NCBI GenBank assembly: GCA_048213135.1
Contig: PS015482.1
Coordinates: forward strand, 10,560 to 46,975
DNA length: 36,416 nucleotides
Origin: Reclinomonas americana ATCC 50394
Lineage: Eukaryota
Direction of reading: 5' to 3'
Below, in pieces: positions 1 through 11,483 of the stretch. The position numbers and the translations under genes were made by a program. A model generated the notes under the pieces. It was not told the origin of the DNA. It made no database searches and was given only the letters and a program-made list of their open reading frames with translations. The first letter of the stretch is position 1, and every line of letters begins with the position of its first letter.

Positions 1-610
1 GGAAGGAAAAGGGGATGAAGAAGGGGGAAGAGAAAGGGGGAAGGAAAAAGGGGAGGGGGAAGGAACATGGAAGGAACAGGGAAGGAAGAGGGAAGGAAGA
101 GGGAAGGAAAAGGGGAAGGTTCTCTTTTTTTTTACCTCTTCCCCTCCTCAGTCACTTCATCCTTTTCGTCTTCTCGTTGTCCTTCATGTTTTGCATGCTT
201 CTTCTTCTCATTCGCCTTCACCTTCTGTTTCCTCTCCTCCTTGATCTTGATTTTAATTGCGCTTCTCCTCTCCTTCCACTCCTCCGCTTGCTTGTTCTTC
301 CTCGTAATCCTCTTCTTCTATGGATCGTTTCTCTCTCTCTCTCCCTCTCTATCTCTCTCCCTTTGTGTGTCGTCGTCGCTTCTTCGTGCCTTTCTTCTCC
401 TACTTCGCCTTCTTGCTCTTCCGGCCTCTTCTCCTTTTTTCATCGTCTTGCTCTTGCACATCTCATTCTGCTGCCGCATCTCGTCATCATTCTTTCCTTC
501 TCATTCTTTTTTCTTCTTGATCTTCTTCTTCTGCTGCTACTGTTGCAGGTTGCTCTCGTTCTTATTATTCTCCTCTCCCCCTTCGAACAGTGATGCAAGT
601 GGAAACTGAC

Positions 611-1409
611 CATCTCCTCTTGTGGCGTGGTGGCACCCGAGTGCGTGCGACTGCGCACAAAATCGTCGTACGAGCCGGCAAATGGGTCCGTCGACTGGCC
701 GAGAGAGTCAGGAGAGACGATTCAAAGAAAGGATGACGAGTGGAACAAACCTCTGAACTCACTGGCGTCATGCGCGTGAGCGAAAACGCCATGGATGCCG
801 AGCTGGAGCGTGGCTGGTGCAGCGGCGCCGGCGGGAGACCCATGTCGGACAAACCGAGCATCGTGTGCGCACTGTGGGCGGAGGGTTGTGATGGTGGCGG
901 TGGTGGTGGTGGTGGAGCGGGTCGGCGGGGCATGGCGAACGCGAGGTCAAACTCGACGCTCTGGCCCGCGCGGGGCGGAGTGGTGAGGGGTGGAGGGGCG
1001 AAGGCGGGGTGAAGCTGCAAGACATAAGGGGAAAGGGTGGGTGAGGGGAAGGGTGGGTAAGGTGGAAGGAGGAGATGAATACTGATGTGATTGAGAGAGA
1101 GTGGAAAAGGAGGAGGACGAGGAGAAAGAGGAAAACAAATGAACGCGTTCATGGACGACAAACAGAGCCCTCCGCGCTGCCACGAAGACACACAGAGAGG
1201 GCCGAACCTGTCTTTCAATCCTCCCCTTCACCCTGCTCCCTCTCCCACACACACACACACACACACTCACGACTCCTGTTCTTTCCCTCTCTGAGACACA
1301 CATTGAGAGNNNNNNNNNNNNNNNNNNNNAAAGAGGTGAGTGAGTGAGAGGGAGGCAGAGAGTGAGTGAGAGAGGGAGGAGAAGGCTGACCGTGGGAGCG
1401 CGAGGTCAT
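611..1409 (-). CDS. Hypothetical Pro/Ser-rich protein, first three exons; continues beyond the window start
   Basis: Exons 1409-1391, 1176-1145 and 1014-611 have GT donors and CAG acceptors and join in frame: MTSRSHARRALFVVHERLHPAFAPPPLTTPPRAGQSVEFDLAFAMPRRPAPPPP...RHPFFESSLLTLSASRRTHLPARTTILCAVARTRVPPRHKRR. No family recognised. Confidence 0.5.
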
Positions 1410-1613
1410 CGCGCGCGCGGGAAAAAGGAAAAGCGGGCTTGTGGGACACCACTTGTCTCCGGGGCCACTTGTTGGTCCACGTGTTTTGTTGGCAAAGGAA
1501 GTGGTAGATGGATTGTGTGTGCATAAACTGGAAAGGGTGCTTTGGTTGGTGTGGTGGTGAGAGAGCGCGAAGTTCATCGGTCGCGACGTTCGAAGTCTGG
1601 CAAAACACCTCAA

Positions 1614-1987
1614 TCCCTTGCCGACAATGACCTTGGCACACCAACAACGACACATAATTACTCTTCTCCAACGGTTATCTTCCCTTTCAGAAGGCAAGCA
1701 CGTGTTGGCCTCGAAAGGATTTCGTGGCGCAATTGGTGTCAGCGGCCTCCATTGACGCTGAACTCGTTGGAGTGCTCATGCAGTAGCGACGCGATGGTTC
1801 TAGTTGCCCTGAGGCTGCGGCGCAGCTGCTGCGGGTGGGAGATTGTTCGCTTGGTTCTGGTTTTGAGCCGGCCGCGGGTTGTCACCAATGCCTGCATTGC
1901 AATGTTCACAAGTCCCTTACCGACAATGACCTTGGCACACAAACATACACAGAATTACTCTTCCCCAACAGCCATCTTCCCTTTCAG
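1614..1987. repeat. Diverged ~76-bp direct repeat pair (1614-1690 and 1913-1987)
   Basis: Both copies read tccctt(g/a)ccgacaatgaccttggcacac...aattactctt(ct/cc)ccaac...atcttccctttcag. Confidence 0.85.
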
Positions 1988-2155
1988 GATCCAAGGCGTG
2001 TGGCACATGTGGTGCTCTACTTACTGTTCGCCGTGCCCCCTCTGCTGCTTTCTATCTTGCACTCTTTCTCTTTCCCTCTTTCTATGTCACTCGCGCTCTC
2101 ACTGCCACTGAATCTTCACCCTCGACATTAGAAGTACGATCACTTCGCCTCCGGA

Positions 2156-3346
2156 TTACATCACATACAGCGTCGGCGCACCGGGCACCTCGGTCACCAA
2201 CTGCAACTCGTCGCGCACCTCATCGTCCGAATCATCGTCGTCGTCGCTATCGTGCCCGCGTTGCAGGCCGCGCTCTTCGGGCGTCGGGTTGACGACCATG
2301 TGCAGGCGCGGCGACTTGAGTTTCCCGTCTACCACCATGGCCAGAAACACGCTGTCGCGCAACGACGGCTGCCCGTGCGCCGACGTTGTTCCCGCCGCAG
2401 TCAAGTGCTGCTGCTGCTGGTGATGTTCGCGGTGATGGTGATGATGGTCGGGCCGGCTCGGTGACGACGATGAGCGAGAGCGCGCTCCCGGGCTGACGCT
2501 GCGCGCTGGCGACACACTCGAGCGCTGCGACTGCGTGCGACCGCGACCCCGCGGACTCCTCTCCTCGTCCACCAACTTCTCCTCCACGGTCGAGTCAAAC
2601 TGCGGCTGCCGCATCGCCTCCTCGTCGCCACCCGCCACCGTCAGCACCGTCGTCGGTGGACACGGCAACTGCTCGCCCAGCGTCTTGAACGGCACCAGCA
2701 TCACCTCGCCTTCGATCCAGTACACGCGACGACCGGCAATGCGCGGTGATGATGAAGACGACGATGACGAAGACGGCGATTTGGGGGACGAGGGTGATGC
2801 CTTTGCTACTGCCACACGCGAGTGAGTGCACGTAAAACAAAGGAGAGAGTGCTGTCGACGCACCATGCGTCGGCGACCTGCGCGAAGGCGATCGCTTTCC
2901 ATTCGAAGGACTCGTGGCTGTGGTGGTGGTGCTGGTCGAGTAATACCTCTGCAGCACCACCGCCGGCGTATCCGTGCGCTCATACACCTCAAAGTGCGCT
3001 GTGCCCGTCACTGGCGACACAAAGCGCGCCACCAGTTGCGTCGACCAATCGACACGCGCCAGGTCGCGTCGCGTGCGAATCAAGAAGGGAGGGTGGTAAA
3101 CGACGGCCGCGGAGGAAGAGTCGCCATCGATACGGCGATGCACAATGGTGCGAGAGACGCAGCGGGTGGCGGAGGAGGAGGAAGAGGAGGATGAAGTGGG
3201 GGCGGGAGGTGGGGGGATGTGCTGTGGGGGGAGAAGGGAAGGGTCAGAAGAGACAGGGATGCTGGATTGTGGTGAGGTGTGGGGTGTCACCTGTGCTCGA
3301 GCGTGCAGGTGGGCGAGAAGCAGTGGATCGGAGGTTGCCACGTGAC
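2156..3346 (-). CDS. Hypothetical protein with Ser/His/Gln/Asp low-complexity inserts; 5' end unresolved
   Basis: Exon ~3346-2864 and exon 2808-2156 are joined in frame by a 55-nt GTGCGT...GGCAG intron (2863-2809): ...VARFVSPVTGTAHFEVYERTDTPAVVLQRYY...SPTH/VAKASPSS...RRVYWIEGEVMLVPFKTLGE...VFLAMVVDGKLKSPRLHMVVNPT...LQLVTEVPGAPTLYVM*. The first exon probably lies near 3800-3860. Confidence 0.6.
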
Positions 3347-3694
3347 CTGCGCATGGGGAGGGGATGTGTGAGAGAGGGAGAGGAAGGAGACACGGAAAGA
3401 AAGGGAGAGGAAAGGAGAGGGGAGAGGAAGAGGAAAGGAGAAGAAGGAAGTGAAGAAAGATGAGAGACGAGAGAGAGAGAGAGAGAGAGCAAGAGAGGAG
3501 AGTGAGGGAGAGGAAGAGGAAAGGAGAAGAAGGAAGTGAAGAAAGACGAGAGACGAGAGAGTGAGTGAGAGAGCAAGAGAGAGAATAAGAGGAGAGAGAG
3601 GAGGAGAAAAAGAGCAACAAGATGAAGCAAACGACATAAGATGACAAAGGTCATGAAGAAGAGAAGAAGAAGAACGTGAGGAGAATATGGAGCA

Positions 3695-3697
<3 letters not shown>

Positions 3698-3775
<78 letters not shown>
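3698..3775. repeat. (CA)n microsatellite
   Basis: Perfect CA run seen directly. Confidence 0.95.
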
Positions 3776-3776
<1 letters not shown>

Positions 3777-3959
3777 GCGAACGCGAGATGATGTTGCACA
3801 AGAGAAATCAACGATCACCGACAAGCAACACAACAAAGACCACGCACACACCATCAAACGTATGTCTCGGCGTCCAACTCATCACTCTCTCACTCACACA
3901 CTCACACACAAAGAAAAACGCAATCGCGCGCGAAAATTGTTCCGATATTAATCAAAAAC

Positions 3960-6900
3960 ATGAGAGCGCTTGTTCTCCTGCTTCTCCTCCTCGTGCTCCT
4001 CTCGTGCGCCACACACGCACACAACTTCCCGTTCTCGCTCTTCCCCTCCTCCACAACATCATCATCATCATCAGTGGCCATTGTGCATGCACCCTTCTCC
4101 GCTCGAGCTGAAGAGGTGCCTGAGTGGTTGAGTGTGCGTCCGCGACGAGTGGCACTGCGACGACAACGAAGTTCTTCTTCTTCTTCTTCTTCTTCTTCTT
4201 CTTCTTCTTCTTCTTCTTCTTCTTCTTCTTCTTCTTCAGTGGTGTTGATTGGTAATGCGGTGTGTGAGGCGATGGGGGGAGTGGTGCGACGGCATGCGAG
4301 GTTTGATCAGGTGAGGAGAGAGGGGAGGGAGGGAGGGAGGGAGAGAGGCAAGGCAACACTTCACTCTCTCGTTTGTTGTCCTTCCCTTGGTTGCAACCCT
4401 GTCTCGCTTTCTCAGAGGCGAGTCAACGCATTGACCTCTCCTCCTCCTCCTCCTCCTCTTTCTCTCCTTCACTCTCTCTGTTTGTAGTCATTCAAGCTTC
4501 TCCCTCCCTGTGCCTTTCAGTCTGTCTCTCTTTCTGCAGAAGGACTGTCGAGGTTGCGCAGAGAGAGAGAGAGAGTGAGAGAAGAGAGAAGCCACCGCTT
4601 GACCTCTCTCCCTTGTTATTTCGTCTTCTGTGCTGCTCCTTCTCTCGCTCTGAGGGAGAGTTGCAGGGACAAGCCAACGCTTCGACCTCTTCTCCTCTTC
4701 CTTCTCTCCTCCCTCTCCGTCACTCTCTCCTCTGTACTCGCGCTTTCAAGCTTTGCATTCTCTGTGCCCATCAGTCCGTCTCTATTTCTGCAGAAGGGCT
4801 GTCGAGGTTGAACAGAGAGAGAAAGAGAGAGAAGCCAACGCTTGACATCTCTCCTTTGTTCTTTCGTCTTCTGTGCTGCTTCTCTCGTTCTGGGGGAGGG
4901 TTGAAGAGGCAACCCGACTTTGACATGCTCTTGCCTCCCTCTTCTGTCTCCATCTCCTGCTCCATGTTTCGCTCTTCAATGTGTTGCATTCTCTGCGCCG
5001 ATCAGTCTCTCTTCCTGCAGATGGACTGTGCAGCTTGCAGAGAGAGGGAGAGGGAGAGGAAAGCCAGCTTTGACCTTCTCCTCTCCCCTTTGTTGTCCTT
5101 CATTCACGCTGTTGCTTTCTCTCTGCAGCTCTTTTTCTCTTCAGCTTCCTTCTTCAGATAGGCCAACAAACATGCAGCAAAGAGAGAAGATTAGAGAACC
5201 CCTTTCGTCCTTTGCTCTCCTGCCGAACTCTATTCTTCTCTTCGTTCCCCTTTCCCTCACTGTCGCTTCTGTTGTATACTGCGCTAACTCTCTTCTCTCT
5301 CCCTCTCCCTCTCTCTCTTTTCCCTTCCTTCCTCTCTCTCACTTCCCTTCCCTTCCTCCGCAGGCCTCTACCGTCTACTCCCTCACCGGCACCGCCCACA
5401 AGGAAGTGCACGAATCATTCCCCTCCCACTCCGTCATCGTGGAGCCAGCGGTGCGTTCACGCATGCCCCTCTCCAATCGCCATCCCCTTGCACCCCTCAC
5501 TTCCCCTCCCTCCCCTCCCTCAGCTCATTTCCGAGGACGACCTGGTCTTCACGACCGACGGCCGCGTGCTCATCGCCCGCTCATGCCGACAAAACCACGA
5601 GCGCGACGAGGAGAAGGAGCACCAGTGGCAAGCCACCAAGGAGGTCATGCTGGTTGACACGGCGCTCCCGCTCCTCCAACTGTACTCTACCGAGTTCTTT
5701 CACATTGTTGCCGACTCGCTGGCTCGACTCGTGCAGGTGCTTGGATAATAGTACTCGTTGAGTGGCGCGAGTGAGAGGCTCACACCCGTTTGCGCGCTGC
5801 AGGTGTGGGACGAGGTGCACGCCGACCGCTCCATTGTCATTCTCACGCGCAGCTCGAGTGCCGGCGGCAGTCAGCTGACGTGCGACTTTTTCACCACCCT
5901 CGGCATTGATTGCAATCGGGTGCGGCACGGAGTAGGGGGAGAACAGGGAGAGAAGCATTGATGCTGACTCGTTTATTCCCAGATTGTCATGGACCCACCG
6001 CCAGTGATTGCACGCAAGGCGTACTTTACCAGCGGACTCCACTGCTGTCAGCCGCACCCAGCTGTGATTAACGAGCTGTCGCGTATATTCCGGCTGTTGC
6101 ATGGCGACCTCATTCGTGCGGCGATGCGGGAGCTGTGGGAGCGTTGCGTTGAGGCAGACAGACATTGAACAAGGAGAAGACGAGGAGTAGAAAGGAGAAG
6201 AAGCATGGAGCAGAAATGCTGTTCATCTTTCTCCAACTCTTCACCTCCGCGCGTGTCTGTTCGACAGAGGAGAGAGTTCCTGAGTGGAGGAAGCAGAGGA
6301 GACCAGGTTCTTCTCCTCTCTCTTCTTCCTTTCGCTTTCCTTTCTCTTCTATTTCCTCCGCTGTTTTCATTCTGTTCTTCTGTTCACAGAGAATGGGAGG
6401 AAGAGAGCTTGCTTTTAGTCCTTTCGCTTTCTCTCTTTTTGTTCCCATTCTCTGTGAACAGAATGAAAACAGCGGAAGAGTAGAGGGAAGAGAAAAGAAT
6501 GCAAAGGGAAGAGAGCTTCCGTTTTCTGTCCTCTCCCCGTTCTCTCTTTTCACTTCCACCCTCTGTGAACAGAATGAAACAGCGGAAGGAGAGAGCTGAG
6601 AAAAGAAAAGAGTCGGTGAGAGAAAACAAGAGAGCTTTGCATTCCGGCCCACCTCCCTTTCTCTCTTTTCATTCCCACTCTCTGTGTACTGAAGGAGAAT
6701 AGTGAAAGAGGTGAGAACAGAGAAAGAAAAGCGTCGGTGAGAGAAAGCAAGAGAGCTTGCAGCATTCCTGCCCACTTTCCTTTACTGTCTTTGACTCTCT
6801 CGTCCAAGAAGAAGGAAAAGAAGGAACAGGAAGACGAACAGGCGAAAGAGAAAAAGAAAAGAGACAATGATTGACTCATCCCTCCCTTCTCTAATCTCTT

Positions 6901-8056
6901 TCTCTCTCTTGTCTTTTGCGCTTCCATGGAAAGAGGGAACAACTCTGCAGTGTCGTTCTCCTTCCCCTTAAATTCCCTTCCCCATTTATTCCCCCCTTGC
7001 AGCCCGCCGCCTCACCTGGCTCACCACCCGCCGCCACCCCGCCCTCCGCCGCGTCGCTCTCCTGCAGCGCACCGGCGTACGCCACCTGCGCAACCACGAC
7101 GAGATTGTCGCCATGATCGCCCGCGAGTTCCCGCACTTTGAGGTGTCGGTGCTGCCGCCCGACACCACGCCCATGCACGGCATTTTCGAGTTCACCGCCG
7201 CCGACATCGTGCTGGGCCCGCATGGCGCCGGCTTTGTGTTTCGCGCGTTCGTGACCAGTCGCCCGTGTGCGCATGTGGAGATTGTGGCCGGACCGGAGGC
7301 GTCGTGGGATCCCACGCATGTGAGCATGGCGGCCATGAAGGTTTGTGTGGGGAAAAAGGAAGGGGAAAGGAGAACTAGAAGACGAAGGAGATAGAGGAAC
7401 AGGTGGAGAAAAACAGGAAGAGGAGGAGGAGGAGGAGAAAGAGGTCGTTCAGGAGGAAGAGAAAAATGAGGAGGAGAAATGGAAGAGAATGACGAAGATA
7501 ACCACAACCTCCTCCTCCTCCTCGTTCTCTTCCTCATGCTCCTTTCTTCTCGAATGAACTCGTCACCATGCAACTCTCCTCCACCTTGTCTTCTTTCTCG
7601 ACCTCGTCCTCCTCCTCTCTCTTTCTCGACCTCATCCTACTCTTCTTTGTCCTTCACTGCCCTCTCGTCGACTTCCTCCTCATCATTCCTCTCCTCTTCC
7701 TCCTCTTTCTCTTCTTGTGGGCCCCGTTCAGCAATTCATCACCACCACCACGAGGCGAAGAGCTGCACGTGCACGAGTGCTATCAGTAGGCGAAGAGTTG
7801 AACAAAGAGCGTGTCCAACAAGAAGAAGAAAGAGGGGCAGACGTTCGCGGATCATGCGGTCTCTCTCTCCCTCAATCTCCCTCATCCTTTCCCGAATAAC
7901 CAGGGATGCAAGACCTTTGTGTACGTGGACGCCAGTGCCACTCGCGACACATCGTTGCATGCACCACCCGCCAGTGTCGCCGCCATGCTGCGTCAGGCTG
8001 ATGAATATCTCGCCGGACTCGATTTGTGGAGTGCACGACTGGCGCGAGGAGCATGA
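3960..8056 (+). CDS. Glycosyltransferase family 61 (DUF563; EOGT/POMGNT2/plant xylan arabinosyltransferase clan), ~463-472 aa, N-terminal signal peptide or anchor
   Basis: Exons 3960-4310, 5364-5450, 5524-5736, 5803-5919, 5983-6115 (or -6142), 7003-7340 and 7904-8056 are all GT-AG and in frame. Hydrophobic N-terminus MRALVLLLLLLVLLSC. GT61-type motifs: EFFHIVADSLARL, LLQRTGVRHLRNHDEI, FTAADIVLGPHGAGF, AHVEI. Confidence 0.85.
4172..4237 (+). repeat. (TTC)n coding microsatellite giving a poly-Ser tract in GT61 exon 1
   Basis: Perfect trinucleotide run inside the open frame, between the signal peptide and the catalytic domain. Confidence 0.9.
4520..5150. repeat. Degenerate ~240-bp tandem repeat (about 2.5 copies) in GT61 intron 1
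   Basis: The block ttctgcaga(a/t)gg(a/g)ctgt...gagagaagcca..gcttgac.tctctcc.ttgtt.tttcgtcttctgtgctgct recurs at ~4530, ~4785 and ~5012. Confidence 0.75.
6358..6783. repeat. Intronic inverted repeat (6358-6475) followed by degenerate ~115-120-bp direct copies
   Basis: Left arm ccgctgttttcattctgttc[ttctgttc]acagagaatggga is the reverse complement of tcccattctctgtgaacagaatgaaaacagcgg (6443-6475). The right arm recurs at ~6555-6590, and gtcggtgagagaaa..caagagagctt occurs at ~6612 and ~6733. Confidence 0.8.
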
Positions 8057-8109
8057 TTAGGTGTGTCATCATTATTTCTCTTATTACCGTCCTCTCCCCC
8101 ATAACCATC

Positions 8110-10047
8110 TCATCTCCTCAGCCACGCACTGTCCTCCGCGTGACCATTCACACCCTCCGCGTCGTGCTCCTCACCACTGCCACCATTCATGGACATGCCC
8201 ACGCCCTCCGCCTCACTCCTGCCCTCGCCCTCGCCTGTCACATGTGCGGCGTACAAACTGTACGCCTCCTGGCTCAGCTGTTCGACCGTCGCCGCCGCCT
8301 GCGCGTGGTCGTACACGGCGCGCTCCAGACGCACCAAGGCCTGCCGCAGCGCAGATCAGTAACCTCGGACAGAGAGAAAGAGAGTGAGAGACGCTCACCT
8401 GTCGTGTCTTGACGTCCAGACCGGATGCCGACGAGGGCATGCGCACCAGCAAGATGCTAATGTAGGGCACCAGAGCGCAATACAAGGTGCTCCTGGTGCG
8501 CACAATGTACTCGAGAAAGCTGACGAGCGCTGGCATGTAGCGGAGGGGCGGGTTGAGGATGAGGGCCACCAGGTCGCCCTGTGAGAGAAAAGGGAAAGTG
8601 AGGAAGAGGAAAAGAGTGGGGAACAATGACAGAAGAGTTACAATCAAAGAATAATGGAAACGGGAAGGAGAACACAAGGAAAGAATGAGANNNNNNNNNN
8701 NNNNNNNNNNNNNNNNNNNNNNNNNNNNNNNNNNNNNNNNNNNNNNNNNNNNNNNNNNNNNNNNNNNNNNNNNNNNNNNNNNNNNNNNNNNNNNNNNNNN
8801 NNNNNNNNNNNNNNNNNNNNNNNNNNNNNNNNNNNNNNNNNNNNNNNNNNNNNNNNNNNNNNNNNNNNNNNNNNNNNNNNNNNNNNNNNNNNNNNNNNNN
8901 NNNNNNNNNNNNNNNNNNNNNNNNNNNNNNNNNNNNNNNNNNNNNNNNNNNNNNNNNNNNNNNNNNNNNNNNNNNNNNNNNNNNNNNNNNNNNNNNNNNN
9001 NNNNNNNNNNNNNNNNNNNNNNNNNNNNNNNNNNNNNNNNNNNNNNNNNNNNNNNNNNNNNNNNNNNNNNNNNNNNNNNNNNNNNNNNNNNNNNNNNNNN
9101 NGAGAGAGAGAGCAGAGTGGGAAACAAAGACAATGGGATCAACAACAGGAGGAAGAAAGAAGGCGGCACAGCTTTGTGTGTGAGAGAGGAGAGAGGAAAC
9201 AACGATGGACGGGGGTTCAATGACAAAAGAAAGAAGGAAGTGAGAGAGAGAAGCATGGCCCTCATTCTATCTGATTCCATCTTTCTTTGATTGCTGATCT
9301 TGCCGTTCTTTCTTTGTATCCCACTTAACTCCTCCTGTCTCACTTTGCCTCTCTCNNNNNNNNNNNNNNNNNNNNNNNNNNNNNNNNNNNNNNNNNNNNN
9401 NNNNNNNNNNNNNNNNNNNNNNNNNNNNNNNNNNNNNNNNNNNNNNNNNNNNNNNNNNNNNNNNNNNNNNNNNNNNNNNNNNNNNNNNNNNNNNNNNNNN
9501 NNNNNNNNNNNNNNNNNNNNNNNNNNNNNNNNNNNNNNNNNNNNNNNNNNNNNNNNNNNNNNNNNNNNNNNNNNNNNNNNNNNNNNNNNNNNNNNNNNNN
9601 NNNNNNNNNNNNNNNNNNNNNNNNNNNNNNNNNNNNNNNNNNNNNNNNNNNNNNNNNNNNNNNNNNNNNNNNNNNNNNNNNNNNNNNNNNNNNNNNNNNN
9701 NNNNNNNNNNNNNNNNNNNNNNNNNNNNNNNNNNNNNNNNNNNNNNNNNNNNNNNNNNNNNNNNNNNNNNNNNNNNNNNNNNNNNNNNNNNNNNNNNNNN
9801 NNNNNNNNNNNNNNNNNNNNNNNNNNNNNNNNNNNNNNNNNNNNNNNNNNNNNNNNNNNNNNNNNNNNNNNNNNNNNNNNNNNNNNNNNNNNNNNNNNNN
9901 NNNNNNNNNNNNNNNNNNNNNNNNNNNNNNNNNNNNNNNNNNNNNNNNNNNNNNNNNNNNNNNNNNNNNNNNNNNNNNNNNNNNNNNNNNNNNNNNNNNN
10001 NNNNNNNNNNNNNNNNNNNNNNNNNNGCGCTCTCTCTCTCTCTCTCG

Positions 10048-10078
<31 letters not shown>

Positions 10079-11437
10079 GAAAACACATTCGCTCTAGCCT
10101 ATTTATCTCGCTCTCACTTGCTTCGTCTATCTTGGTTAAGCTACCCTTCGCACCCATCCTTCCTCCTGTCCTCTCCCCCTTTCACTCACCCCTCTTCCTT
10201 CCCCCCTTCCCCCTTCTCCCCCTTCTCCCCTCTCCCTTCCCCCCTTCTTCCCCTTTCTCCCCCTTCTCCCCCTTCCCCCTTCTACACACCACCAACACCG
10301 CCAGCGCAGCCTGCAAATGCACATGCCCTCGCGCCACCACCAATCGCAAGGCCAACAGCGTCTCCTCAAAGATGCTCTCGTCCTTGACCAGACCGCGACC
10401 CACGATACTCAACAACCACGCCCACACCAGCGACACATTCGGTGTTGGCACCGGAGTGCTGGGAACCTGAGAAAGAGGGGAAGGATTGTCACGCAAGCTG
10501 AAAAAGGTGATGAGATCACACATACGCATCACGCACCAGTGCATGGAAGAGTCCGTGTCGCTGCTCGTCGGGCACAGTAGCCACCCGATCCGTATCACCA
10601 TTGAGCACCATGGCCAGTGGCACGACGACGCGTCGCAAGAGCTGCACGTAAAACGATAAGGCATGGACTTTAAATGAGCGATTCCAATCGGTGTCACGGA
10701 CCGATCGATACTCGGCTGACGGCATCGTCTTTACGGCCATCTCCGGCAGCAAGAGAGCATCGGAGACCTCCAAGAACCGAGCGAGCAAGCGGACAGCAGA
10801 AGGATGCGAGAACGTCGGCGTCGTCTCCTGTCTCCTATTCGTGAGAGAGACAAAAAGCCGCATGAATACAATCACACCCAAACTCACCGAGCGGACCAAT
10901 CGCAGCAGCGTCTCAACAGCTTGACTGGCACACACGACGGCGAGCTCAATCCACAGGAGCGGAATGCACAGCAGAGCATCGCAGACCAGCACGCAGTCCT
11001 CCCAGCCCGCATTCAAGTGCAGCCACTCGCACAGTGCCAGCACCAGCGGCATCACGGCGAGCGCATCGTTGCGATCGGTCGACTCCATCCACATGCGATG
11101 GCCGGTCACTGGAGCGCGACCGTCGGGCGCCGGCTGGAGTGCCGGTTGCGGGGCTGGTGGTGGTGGAGGCGACCATTGCAGGCAGAGGGCGTCACGGAAG
11201 AACTGCACCACGTATTACAATTACAGCAATGAATACAGACGACTGTGGATCGTTCACGAACCGCAACCATGGCCACAATCACTTCGTCGACAAGCTCGGC
11301 CTGCTGCCACTCACGACAGCGGTTGAGAAGCGACGGGATGAGCATCACCATTACTTCTGCGATGCTGCGTCGGGTGCGACCGCTGCGCAGAAAACATGCA
11401 TGGTGAGTTATTTCGTCACCGTCTCTCCCCATCGTCT

Positions 11438-11483
<46 letters not shown>

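Noticed and set aside
15-609. Hydrophobic, membrane-protein-like ORFs (also ~4373-5161, 12400-12964, 20180-20550)
   Set aside because: They are translations of CT/GA-rich intronic low-complexity DNA.
7731-7800. Extra GT61 exon after ccccgttcag
   Set aside because: It is not needed. The donor at 7341 joins the acceptor at 7903 in frame and gives a sensible GT61 C-terminus.
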